DNA of 64,000 bases. Origin: Octopus vulgaris (taxonomy: Eukaryota). A program made the translations under genes and the position numbers. The stretch covers positions 74,958,001 to 75,022,000 of the forward strand of contig OX597822.1 of the NCBI GenBank assembly GCA_951406725.2, in the 5' to 3' direction. This document shows positions 41,279-53,308 of this stretch, piece after piece. Position 1 is the stretch's first letter; the number at the start of each line of letters is the position of its first letter. The notes below the pieces were generated by a model. That model was not told the origin of the DNA. It worked only from the letters and a program-made list of their open reading frames with translations, and did not search any database.

Positions 41279-41456
41279 TACATGTACGTATGATTCCATA
41301 TGTATGCACATATATCGCATGTGTATATATTATAAATATTTATCGATACGTGCTCATATACGCTATACATGGGCATTAAATATACGCGCACGCATGAACA
41401 CGCAAGCATATGTATACGACACGTACCCAATTTGTGTGTTATTGTGTTTGTATGTA

Positions 41457-41492
<36 letters not shown>

Positions 41493-41623
41493 AGTGTATA
41501 TATATCTATATATACATTCATGTTGGCATACGAATCCGTGTATATATTATTGTCTTTACATTCATATGACACGTACACACATTCATATTATATATGTACA
41601 CATAAATATGTATATATACTGAC

Positions 41624-41669
<46 letters not shown>

Positions 41670-41820
41670 GTATATATATATATATATATAATACGTGCAC
41701 ATATGCACGTGTGTATATATGTATACCCTCAGATAATTATGTGTATATATGTATGCACACATATGCATGCGTATATATATATATATATGAATATATATTC
41801 CTATCTATATATACATATAC

Positions 41821-41867
<47 letters not shown>

Positions 41868-42597
41868 CGTATCTCTCTCTATATATGCGTATCTATCTAT
41901 CTATGTATCGGTATATATATATACATGTGTATATGTAAGTTCTTACATATACGCATTCATACACATACATAGGCAGGCGCATATATACATACACATATAT
42001 GTATGTACATATGTGCATGCCTATGTGCGTGTACGCACGTGTATATGTAAGAACTTAGTTTTTGAGTAAATGTCAACTATTTATCAACCTGTTTGCGTGT
42101 AAGTATATTTCGTGTATATATTCATCGATCACATACGCACAATGCACACGAGCACACACATCTGTACATATACGTGTGCGTGTGTCTGTACGGATGTATG
42201 TGCATGTGTGTTCAAACGTAACTGTGCTTATGCGTCAATATGAATCCTAACGTGTTCATTGAATATGTATGATTGCGTGCGGTCGTGCGCGTGGAGAGAT
42301 TGTTGTATGCGCTCAAGCGTTCGTATGTATGCGTACACTTAAGTTTTTATTCATTATATATATATATATATACATATACATAAATGCCTGTATATGGATG
42401 TAGTATATTTATGTGTGGTGGAAGGAGCGGTAATTGAAGCTTGGAATGATGTTCAGGCAATCAAGATGGCCGCCAATAGTCCAATATGCAAGACATTAGT
42501 GCTTTAATGATTGCATTATCTTTAAAAGGCAACAAAAGCCATTGGAAGGCTCTAGAACAACGGACCTTTGAGAATTTATGAGACGAGTAAGAGAGAA

Positions 42598-42651
<54 letters not shown>

Positions 42652-42870
42652 GGAGTGAGAGAGACAAAGAGAACAGAGAGAACGGCAAACGATGTGCGTT
42701 TGTGTGTATGCGTGAGAAAGAGAGAGAGAGATATATAGAGAGAAAGAAAGAGGAGGGTAAGAGAGTGAAAGAGAGGGAAAGAGAGAAAGACAGAGGGAGG
42801 CAGGGAGAGAGAGTAAAAGAAAAAGAGACAGAGTTAGCGGAAAGCGGTAAGGATTAAGACGAGAGATATG

Positions 42871-42903
<33 letters not shown>

Positions 42904-43768
42904 CGTGTAAGTATGTATATATGAATGTATATATGAATGTATATATGCATGTATATATGTATTTATGTATATATGCATGTATGCATGCATATATGTATGT
43001 ATGCATGTATGTGTGCATGTATGTATATATGCTTGTATGTGTGTATGTAGGTAGATTATGTGTGTGTGTGTAGGTATATTCTTTTGTGTATGCATGTGGT
43101 TGGGTACGTCTATGTATGCATGCATGTATATATGTACGTATGTATGCGTATGTCTATGTATGTATTTATGCACGTGTGTATGTATAAGTATGCATGCATG
43201 TATGTATATATGCATGTATATTTGTGTGTATGCTTGCATGTGCATGGCTCACCTTTATAATAAGTGTGTGCGTGTGTGTATGCGTCTGTGTATGTTTTTG
43301 TCGAAGTGAACGACAATAAGAAAGAAAAAAATATAACAATGGTTTAACATTATTAGTAAAAAAAAAACCCCAAAAAATGAACGCAAAAATCCTCCGCGCT
43401 GTTCCATAGCAGCAGCAGTGACAACAACACCATCATCATCATCATTATCAGCAGCAGCAGCAACAACAACAACAAGTACCAACATTGCAATAACGATTAT
43501 AGGAACAGTAAGAGAAACGATAAACATATATACTACGACAGCGTCAGAAACAATAACGATAAGGAAAAACAGCAACACGCGCACTCACACAGACGCGCGC
43601 GCGCGCAATTAATGCCATCTATGTAGATAATGGTAAAAGGTTTATAGTGCACTTTTGTGTGTGTGTGTCCCCTTTCAAGTAGTCTTTACACTTCCACACG
43701 TTACATAAATGCACATATATGCATATATATACATCTCTCTCTCTCTCCCTCTCATGTATGTATATATG

Positions 43769-43813
<45 letters not shown>

Positions 43814-43852
43814 TTGTCTGTGTCTATCTACCTGTCTACCTGCCTCTCTAAC

Positions 43853-43904
<52 letters not shown>

Positions 43905-43960
43905 ATGTTTATATAGCATACAAGTATTCTATTACTCGTTCACTGACATGTATATAATAT
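41160..43960. repeat. Microsatellite-dominated region with short unique islands
   Basis: (TA)n, (TG)n, (TATG)n, (AG)n and trinucleotide runs. Confidence 0.85.
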
Positions 43961-44024
43961 TTTATATATGCAAAAACATAAAATGTTATGCATAGACATA
44001 AAAATTACATTAATATATACTGAT

Positions 44025-44600
44025 ATTATTATTATTATTATTATTATTATTAGTATCATCACGTGCCTTCACTGCTCTACCGAGCGCAGCTCTGTGTGCC
44101 TTGGGTATGTACTGTGGTGTGATGTGTTTTAGTGATATTTTTATTGTTTTAAAATATGCGAGGTACTTAGCATTGCTAGTTTCTGTGTTATATACACGTC
44201 TAAGTCTATGCGTTTGTCTATTTCAACGATGCCCAATGCTTCTATTATTATAGGGATTATCTCTCTCTTCTGACCCCCACATCCGGGTTATCTCTATTTC
44301 TTGCTCTTTCTATTTCGGGAGCTTCTCCGTTTCTTTTGGAGATACATAGTTATCTGTTGGGACTAATGTGTCGATTAAAAGGCATTTTTTTGACAACAAC
44401 AATATTCATGACAACAATATCTGGTCTATTAACCTAGATCTCCGTATGTGTATTGGCACAGCCCATTATATGGTTGCTTAGTCCTTTTCTGAGACTTTTT
44501 TTTTGGAATATTCCTATACCATCTTTTTTCCTGTCGTCATTCGGTGGTACTGGCACAGTTTCCATTGTATATAGACCCCAACTGTGTAATGTTTGTGGAA
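44025..44600 (-). mobile_element. 3' end of an RLE-type LINE with (AAT)n tail
   Basis: Minus strand reads NRPDIVV...KCLLID...EIEITRMWG...IIPIII.ALGIV (PD-(D/E)xK RLE domain), then 3' UTR and (AAT)n. Confidence 0.8.
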
Positions 44601-44694
44601 GAATTTCTCAATGATTTATCGTTTTTTCCCCAACGACACATATTCTGCAATTATTTAATGCATTTTTCTTCATTATGCGTTTTTGCTAGTTTCA

Positions 44695-44743
<49 letters not shown>

Positions 44744-44777
44744 CACATATACATACATGCACGCATGAACACTCCCT

Positions 44778-44810
<33 letters not shown>

Positions 44811-44829
44811 GTATAAAAAATATATATAA

Positions 44830-45110
44830 AAATACAAAATGGGACAAGAACGCAAAACACTCAAAGAGACGACACAAAAAACGGACGGGTCATTCGAAGC
44901 CGCTAATCTTCAGTCAAGAACCGGATCATCCTCGCAATTTCGGCTGATTAATCTTGAGCCCAAAGGAAAAACTAAGCTACGAGCATTAGATTTCTTGGAA
45001 AAAGGATCGAATGTATACGAAACAAGGACAGAAAAACGGGCGATGCCACACGAATATAAATACAAAAAAGAATAATAGAAATAACAGGACAAAAACAGCG
45101 GGTGTCTTAC
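44830..45110 (-). mobile_element. Probable PLE-derived terminal repeat (second family)
   Basis: Minus strand CTGAAGAttagcggcttCGAAtg; A-rich layout like 47625-47840 and 50640-50900; abuts (TA)n. Confidence 0.4.
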
Positions 45111-45324
45111 GACTTTAGACAGTTCAACTTAGCTTAGCTGGCATATTTGGAAAAAAATGCCTTTACGGCAGACGAAGAAAACGATGTCGTGGCGGTGGTC
45201 AGAAGCCGAAAGGCTAGTTGATACACAGCCACACGTATGCATGAATAAATCCATATATAATACATACATACGTATTCATACACATACATATATATGTACA
45301 CATGCATATGTATACACATACATA

Positions 45325-45361
<37 letters not shown>

Positions 45362-46100
45362 CATGCACACATACATATATATACCAATATGTGTGTGCGT
45401 GTGTGTGTGCGCGCGTACACGCATGCCTGTTTTTTTTCTCTATTGATAGATATAAAATGTCTAAGAGTTGTCACAAAATTTACAACGTATCTAAGAAAAC
45501 TTATGTCTTCAAAGAGTGGAGTTAATTTTATGCCACGAGGCAAAAAGTGACCAGATTTTCCCTCTTCCAAACAGCATAATATATTATTAAATTGATTGAA
45601 CTCTTTATTAATATTTTCCGACGCGAAACATCACTAGTTTCACCGGAATCGACTGTTTTACTAAGAAAACTTAAGCCACACCTCACATCTTTCATTCTAC
45701 TTCAGTCTTAATATTTTCAAACATATCAATGAGAACGACCGCCAACCGTCATAGGAGATTACTTTTGAATCCAAAGGCTTATATGGTTTTAGATGTCGGA
45801 AATTGAAAGCTAGAAAAAATTTCATGGTTTCGTTAACGACGAGTTTATTGCCGAGGATTATGGAACTATCTCGGCCATTGCTCCACTTTCAAATGAAATC
45901 ATACGAAGTTATAGGAATTTAAAACTGATGCACACAAGAGCTCACTTAAAACACACACACGCGCGCGCGCGTGTGCAAATTATTTTGTTTTTTGTTTTGG
46001 AATGGTGGATTTCGAAGCAAATAAAACCATGAACAGATAATTCAAAACAGAATTATCCCACGCCCACGCGAATGTTTGTTAAAGTCCTTATGAAGTCAAG

Positions 46101-46180
<80 letters not shown>

Positions 46181-46187
<7 letters not shown>

Positions 46188-46481
46188 CAATGGCCCAGTG
46201 GTTAGGGCAGCGGACTCGCGATCGTAGGATCACGGTTTCGATTCCCAGACCGGGCGTTGTGTGTGTTTATTGAGCGAAAACACATAAAAAGCTCCACGAG
46301 GCTCCGGCAGGGGGTGGTGATCCCTGCTGTACTCTTTCACCACTCTTTCTCTCACTCTTTCTGCTGTTGGCCTGCTCGTTTAGCCAGCGGGGTGGCGTCA
46401 TTCGAAGGCTAAAATAATGCGAACGCATTGTGACCAGCGATGTGTAGCAACATCTGATGGTCTGGTCGGTCATGTGATCAT

Positions 46482-46485
<4 letters not shown>
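46181..46485 (+). mobile_element. SINE family C, tail type 2
   Basis: A-box tggcccagtgg, B-box ggtttcgattcc, tail as in 18308-18613. Confidence 0.9.
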
Positions 46486-46535
<50 letters not shown>

Positions 46536-46537
<2 letters not shown>

Positions 46538-47624
46538 GGGGTTGGACAAGAAAATGGAAACACCTAGCATCATAAATGTTTAAATATCTATAAAACCTCC
46601 AAAAGCTTGTTTATTTTTGCTTTTTTGATTTATTATTAGTGTTGTTTAATATGTTTTACTTAAATTGCTGTTTCTTTTCAGATATCATCAGAAAAGGGTA
46701 ATTAAAATTCATTAAAATGACAGATCTATCGGACTTTCATAGAGGTCAAATTGTTGGTGCTCGAATGGCAGGTGCTAGCGTAAGGGAAACAGCCGAATTG
46801 TTTGGTGTAGCAAGAAGTACTGTCTCGAAAGTAATGGCAGCCTTTGAGAAAGAGGGAAAAAACCTCCTCGTTGAAACAAAACTCCAAAAGAAAACCAAAA
46901 CTTTCAGATAGGGACCGTCGAACTCTTACGCGCATTGCTGGAAAGGATCACAAAAGTACAGCTCCCAAAATTACTGCAGAGCTTAATGATCACCTCGAGA
47001 CCCCAGTTTCCACAAAGACTATTCGCCGGTTGCAGCAGCAAGCCGGATTTTACGGGAGGGCTGCAATCAGGAAACCACTACTTTCAAAAATAAATGTTGC
47101 AAAGCATTTAGAATAGAGTAAAAATCTACAGAATTGGTCCCTAGAGCTGTGGAAGAATTTTATTTTAACGGATGAGTCATTCTTTAATTTATTTCTGACC
47201 ACCGGTTGAGTATACAAGAAGCATTTGATCAAGACTGCCTTCTTCCAACTGTTAAACATGGAGGATTTGTGATGATAATGTACCTATTCACACAGCTAAA
47301 GTTGTTACTGAATGGCACGAGGAACATTATATTGAAGTTGAACATCTTATCTGTCCACCACAGTCCCTAGATCTCAATATTATTGATCATTTATGGTGCA
47401 TTTTAGAAAAACAAGTAAGGAGTCGATATCCTCCACCATCATCACTACAAGAACTGGAGGCTGTTTTAGCAGAAGAATGGACAAGTAATCCTTTGGAAAC
47501 AATTCAAACTTTGTACGAGTCCATACCTCGTAGAATTCAATCTGTAATTACTTCCAAGGGCGGTCTTACCCCATATTAAAATAAGTTTGTTTGAAATTTT
47601 AAGGTGTTTCCATTATTTTGTTCA
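46536..47624 (+). mobile_element. Tc1-like transposon, internally deleted; transposase pseudogene 46717-47579
   Basis: TIR-like ends aggggttggacaagaaaatggaaacacct and aggtgtttccattattttgttc. Motifs MTDLSDFHRGQIVGARMAGAS, KPKLSDRDRR, FTDESFF, PQSLDLNIIDHLW and GGLTPY*. Confidence 0.88.
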
Positions 47625-47839
47625 AAAACGGAACAACAAACGGAAAATTTTACAAAAACAGAAAATTCGTAGCTAATTCCTCATCGGTCAACGTCCAAAA
47701 GATTATCACAATTTCGCTACTTTAACGTTGATATTGATCACTTTTGGTGGCTCCAGTGGCGAAAAGCTAACAAACGAAAACAAACGCAACAAAAATAAAA
47801 TATACCAAAAATAAAACCGTGCAGCCGCAAGACTGGCAG

Positions 47840-47840
<1 letters not shown>
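47625..47840 (-). mobile_element. Probable PLE-derived terminal repeat (second family), diverged
   Basis: Colinear by eye with 50690-50880. Confidence 0.4.
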
Positions 47841-47883
<43 letters not shown>

Positions 47884-47886
<3 letters not shown>

Positions 47887-48200
47887 CGGAGATGTACTCG
47901 CATAGCAAGTAATTTGATCTGAGATCGTGTGCTGAAACGAAAACAATTGCAGCGTGGGAGGTGTTTATAAGCCATTTAAGAAACACACAAAAGCCGTTCG
48001 ATTCACTCCAACATTTAAGTTTAATTTGTCAAAATATTTTCGTCGCTAAAATCCGCGACCTGTTCACTGACAATTTGTCAGTGAACAGGTCGCGGATTTT
48101 AGCGACGAAAATATTTTGACAAATTAAACTTAAATGTTGGAGTGAATCGAACGGCTTTTGTGTGTTTCTTAAATGGCTTATAAACACCTCCCACGCTGCA

Positions 48201-48205
<5 letters not shown>
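47884..48205. repeat. Perfect palindrome (131-bp arms, 1-nt spacer) of a hammerhead-like PLE-type module between two (TA)n tracts
   Basis: 47943-48073 is the exact reverse complement of 48075-48205 as read by eye; centre at 48074. Confidence 0.92.
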
Positions 48206-48241
<36 letters not shown>

Positions 48242-48866
48242 AGTTATAGTTATAATAGAGGGCACACGAGGCGCGTACTTGCTACAAAGAAGTGCTCAGT
48301 CCTTAACTAAACTACCGAATTACACTGAAATACACAACAGACAAACAGAAATCGGGCAAAGCTGTATAATGAAGAATCGGATATAGCGCCTTAATTCTCC
48401 TCAGCAAGCATCACCGTATGAAAAACCAACTCACCTCCGTTGGAATATATATGTATGCATGTATGACATACCTATGCGTGTACTTAAGTAAATACACACA
48501 CTTACTAACACACATACTCTCACATGCATAACTGCATATAAGCAATGATTTAAGAGCAAACTATCGCACTAAGCAATTTGATACAATATATCTGCACTGA
48601 AAAAAGCAAAGACCGCTTTAACATAACAAGCAACAATAACTCAGACAACTACAAAAACGATAATAGCAGAACAATGCCAGTAAGTGTTATACACATATGT
48701 GTACTATACGTTCATAATGCATATAGATACACACATACAGACAGAGACACACACGTATGGTCACATACACAGACAGAAGTATATTTGCGTTAAATGCCCG
48801 ATTGGAAAATGCATTACTTAAAGTTTCAAGTCTGTTTGTGTCTCTATGCATACATATATTTTATTT

Positions 48867-48938
<72 letters not shown>

Positions 48939-48939
48939 G

Positions 48940-49140
48940 TGGACTGTTGGTGATTCTCCCTCCTCCTTCCTTTTCTTTTGGACTTTCCTATGTCTCCTGT
49001 TTTCAAAGAAGAGCTATGCTCGAAATGTAAAACAACCATTCTTCCCTACCATGAGAGCCGTATTAATATAGTGTATGTGTTACGCCGTCACGTTTTTTTA
49101 TTTTCTTGTTGCCCTTTCTCTCCGTTTTTTAATTAACTAT
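48940..49140 (+). mobile_element. Diverged PLE-terminal module
   Basis: 'tttcaaagaaGAGCtatGCTCgaaatgtaaaac...gagccgtattaata', ending in tatata. Confidence 0.55.
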
Positions 49141-49151
49141 ATATGTGTGTG

Positions 49152-49445
49152 TGGAGATGCAATGGCCCAGTGGTTAGGGCAGCGGACTCGCGGTCGTAGC
49201 ATCGCGGTTTCGACCGGGCGTTGTGAGTGTTTATTGAGCGAAAATACCTAAAGCTCTACGAGGCACCGACAGGGGGTAGTGGCAATCCCTGCTGTACTCT
49301 TTCGCTACAACTTTCTCTCACTCTTTCTTCTGTTGGCCTGCTCGCTTAGCCACTGGGGTGGCATCATTTGAAGGCTAAAACAATGCAAAACGCATTGTGA
49401 CCAGCGATGTGTAGCAACAACTGATAGCGTGGTCGATCACGGTGA
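49152..49445 (+). mobile_element. SINE family C, tail type 2
   Basis: Colinear with 46181-46485. Confidence 0.88.
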
Positions 49446-49479
<34 letters not shown>

Positions 49480-49855
49480 CTTTTATTCTTTTCAGTCATT
49501 TGACTGTGGCCATGCTGCAGCACCGCCTTTTAGTAGAAGAAATCGACCCCTAGACTTATTCCTTGTAAGCCTAGTACTGATTCTATCGGTCTCTCTTGCT
49601 GAACCGCTAAGTTATGGGGACGTAAACACACCAGCACCGGTTGTCAAGCGATGGCAGAGGGACAGACAGCCACAAACACACAAATATATACATATACATA
49701 AGCTTCTTTCAGTTTCCGTCTACTAAATCCTGTCACAAGGCTTTGGTCGTCCGGAGGTTATAGTAGAAGACACTTGCTCAAGGTGCCACACAGTGGAACT
49801 GAACCCAGAACCATGTGGTTGGGAAGCAAGCTTCTTACCACACAGCCACGCATGG
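49480..49855 (-). mobile_element. SINE family A
   Basis: Reverse complement of the family A consensus. Confidence 0.85.
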
Positions 49856-49865
49856 CCTATATATA

Positions 49866-50087
49866 TATTTCTTTATTGCCCACAAGGAGCTAAACACAGA
49901 GGGGACAAACAAAGACATTAAGTCTACTACATCGACCCCAGTGCGTAACTGGTACTTTATTTATCGACCCCGAAAGGATGAAAGGCAAAGTCGACCTCGG
50001 CGGAATTTGAACTCGGAACGTATCGACAGACGAAATACGGCTACGCATTTCACCCGACGTGCTAACGTTTCTGCCAGCTCGCCGCCT
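49866..50087 (-). mobile_element. SINE family B monomer
   Basis: Head ggcggcgagctggcagaaacgttagc and intact core. Confidence 0.9.
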
Positions 50088-50088
50088 T

Positions 50089-50152
50089 AGAATAGAGAAA
50101 CACATCTGCTCTTTTGACCGTCCGTGCAGCAAAAGAAATGATCACGTGAGGA

Positions 50153-50202
<50 letters not shown>

Positions 50203-50620
50203 CACGTGATCATTTCTTCTGCTGCACGGACGGTCAAAAGAGCGGATATGTTTCTCTATTCTATCTTTTCTCTTTTCAAAAGGATATTTCTCCCAGCATT
50301 CACTATTTACCTCTCGTTCTGGTCCCACGATCCTCCATGTTTGTTTCGTTCGGTTTCCTTGTATGTCTCCACTGTCCTGTTTTTGTTCTCAACTTTGACC
50401 CTGTATAAATACTAAATTTTATTTCAGAATTTATGGGAGCAACTGTCTGAAGATTCATATTGTCGTTGAATGCTCGAAATGAGGAGTAGATACAGAGCCG
50501 ACAACTGATGAAGGGTGTTTACTTGTCCTGTTTTCCATTTTTTCTCATTGTTTACATATTTAACTCGTTTGTTTACGTATTTCATGCTATTTACACTGTT
50601 GGTGAAGTCCTGTACTCATA
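50089..50620 (+). mobile_element. PLE-like terminal segment with a 61-bp inverted duplication across (TA)n
   Basis: Arms 50089-50149 and 50202-50262 differ at 3 positions. Downstream are CTGAAGA...CGAAA (about 50447-50480) and CTGATGA (about 50505). Confidence 0.55.
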
Positions 50621-50926
50621 TATGCATGTATATATTTCAAAGGTTAAACAGAAAAGGGAAACTAAACGAACACTAGGCAAAACCATAACAGGCAGAATAA
50701 TGAGAAAAAACACGATACAAGGAACATTCGCAGCGGATTTTCTCATCAGCTGGTTTCCGAAACGTCTTTGTAGTTTCGCGCTGTTTAAAACCACGATCAC
50801 TGTTATTCTGGTGCGCCAGAGAATTAAGCTATAGGAAAGGCTGACGAATGTATGCAAGAACAGAACAAAATAACATTGCGTATACAACAAAATAACTAAC
50901 ATATAACAGACAAAGGATGATACATA

Positions 50927-51486
50927 CAGGGGTTTGACAAAATAATGGAAACACCTTAAAATTTCAAACAAATCAATTTTAATATGGGGTAGGACCCCCT
51001 TTGGCAATAATTATAGCTTGAATTCTACGAGGTATGGACACGTATAAATTTTAAATTGTTTCCAAAAGAATACTTGTCCATTCTTCTGCTAAAACGGCTT
51101 CCAGTTCTTGTAGTGATGATGGTGGGGGATATCGACTCCTTACTTGTTTTTCTAAAATGCACCATAAATGATCTATAATGTTGAGATCTAGGGACCGTGG
51201 TGGAATGTTCCTCGTGCCATTCAGTAACAACGTTAGCTGTGTGAATTGGTGCATTGCCATCCTGAAAGACTGCGTTTTCCTCCAGAAACATTTCTGCAAG
51301 CATAGGATGAATTTGATCAGATAAAAGGCTTAAATAGTCTTCTATTAATTCTGCCATGAAAGGAAACCACTGGGCTGGTGGATTTCCAAGATATAGCCCC
51401 CCCAGATCATCACAAATCCTCCTCCATATTTAACAATTGGAAGAAGGTAGTCTGGATCAAATGCTTCTTTTGGCTGTCTCCACACC
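50927..51486 (-). mobile_element. 3' half of the same Tc1 family as 46536-47624
   Basis: TA followed by the TIR caggggtttgacaaaataatggaaacacct. Motifs VFQDGNAPIHTA, SLDLNIIDHLWCILEKQV and PPSSLQELE. Confidence 0.88.
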
Positions 51487-51737
51487 TAGCTAATCATGTA
51501 AAAAAAATAATAATGGGTTCATTAGGTTACGTTTTATTTGTTAAATTCAGTTGCTTTGAATTTGCTTCAGAAAGAGGTCTGTATTTGTGATGGTTAGTTG
51601 GGGTGAGGGCGCTAGAAATGTGACTTGGCTGTCAAGGGGGCAGCAGCCCGAAATAGTTTGGGAGTCACTGTTGTAGTACGATAGTGACTTGTAGTTTTGT
51701 ATTGGCTTTTGCAGTGTAGTGTTTTATTGAGGTTTGT

Positions 51738-52060
51738 GAAAGCGCGTGGCTTAATGGCTAGGAATATTCAGCTCACGGTCGTAAGTTAGTGGGTTCGATT
51801 CTCGGCAGCGCATTTTGTCCTTGTGCGAGACAGTTTATTTCGTGTTGCTCCAGTCCATTCAGCTGGCAAAAATAAGTAGCACCTGTATTTCAAAGGGCCA
51901 GCCGTATCACATCCTGTGTCACGATGAATCTCCCTGAGGACTACATTAAGAGTAGACGTGTCTGTGGAGTACTCAAGCACTTGCACGTTAATTTCATGAG
52001 CAGGATGTTCCGTTGATCGGCTCAGCTGGAACACTAGTCGTCGTAGCCGACGAAGTGTGG
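51738..52060 (+). mobile_element. SINE with head type D and tail type 1
   Basis: A-box tggcttaatgg, B-box gggttcgattct; colinear with 29810-30135. Confidence 0.8.
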
Positions 52061-52214
52061 ATTTTTTCATACAGGAGTGTAGTTTTATTTTGTATTATAG
52101 TGTTGTTGTTATCGTGGAGTGTTGTGTTGCAGTGTCATATTGTAACATTGTAGTATATTGTTGTGTATTGTAGTGTGATGTTGTTTGGTACCAGTGTATC
52201 ATGATATTAGTTTC

Positions 52215-52995
52215 ATTTTGGCACAAGGCCAGCAATTTCGGGCGATAGGACAAGACGATTCCACCGACCCAGCATTCAACTGTACTATTTTATCGACTCC
52301 GAAAGAATAAAAGGCAATGTCGACCTCAGCGGAATTTGAACTCAGAACATAAAGATGGACAAAAGGCGGCGAGCTGAGAGAATCGTTAGCGCGCCGGGCG
52401 AAATGCTTAGCGGTATTTCGTCTGCGTTACGTTGTGAGTTCAAATTCCGCCGAGGTCGACTTTGCCTTTCATCCTTTCGGGGTCGATTAAATAAGTACAA
52501 GTTACGCACTGGGGTCGATATAATTGACCTGACTCGTTTGTCTGTCCTTGTTTGTCCTCTCTGTGTTTAGCCCCTTGTGGGTAGTAAAGAAATAGGTATT
52601 TCGTCTGCCGTTACGTTCTGAGTTCAAATTCCGCCGAGGCCGACTTTGCCTTTCATTCTTTCGAGGTCGACGTAATCGTCTAAATCCGTTTATCTGCCCT
52701 TGTTTGTCCTCTCTGTGTTTAGCCCCTTGTGGGTAGTAAAGAAATAAGTATTTCGTTGCCGCTACTTTCTGAGTTCAAATTCCGCCGAGGTCGACTTTAC
52801 CTTTCATCCTTTCGGGGTCGATAGATTTAAGTACCAGTTACGCATTGAGGTCGATGTAATCAACTTAAGCCATTTGTCTGTCCTTGTTTGTCCCCTCTAT
52901 GTTTAACCCCTTGTGGGCAATAAAGAAATAAAGACGGACAAAACACAGCTAAGCATTTTTCCCGGTGTGTTAACAATTCTGCCAACTTGTCGCTT
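52215..52995. mobile_element. Trimeric SINE-B (plus strand, 52365-52928) nested in an older SINE-B (minus strand)
   Basis: Three tandem cores. The TSD taaaga(t/c)ggacaaaa lies at 52350-52364 and 52929-52943. Confidence 0.88.
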
Positions 52996-53039
52996 TGGTG
53001 CATTATTACATTGTAGTATAATGTAGTGCATTGTTATAT

Positions 53040-53308
53040 TGCTCCAGCTTCAGGGGATGGTGGTGATCCCTGCTGTACTCTTTCACCACAACTTTCTCTC
53101 ACTCTTACTTCCTGTTTCTGTTGTACCTGTATTTCAAAGGGCCGGCCTTGTCACTCTCTGTGTCACGCTGAATATCCCCGAGAACTACGTTCAGGGTGCA
53201 CGTGTCTGTGGAGTGCTCAGCCACTTACACGTTAATTTCACGAGCAGGCTGTTCCGTTGATTCGGATCAACCGGAACCCTCGTCGTCGTAACCGACGGAG
53301 TGCTTCCA
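53040..53308 (+). mobile_element. SINE family C, tail type 1, headless
   Basis: Colinear with the reverse complement of 62722-62985. Confidence 0.85.

Noticed and set aside
46181-46260. tRNA genes at SINE heads
   Set aside because: A and B boxes are present, but there is no complete cloverleaf or acceptor stem, and the heads run straight into SINE bodies.
52365-52928. Regularly spaced repeats resembling a CRISPR array (also 61472-62058 and 17786-18308)
   Set aside because: The units are whole SINE bodies or microsatellite composites with no unique spacers. The context is eukaryotic and no cas genes are present.
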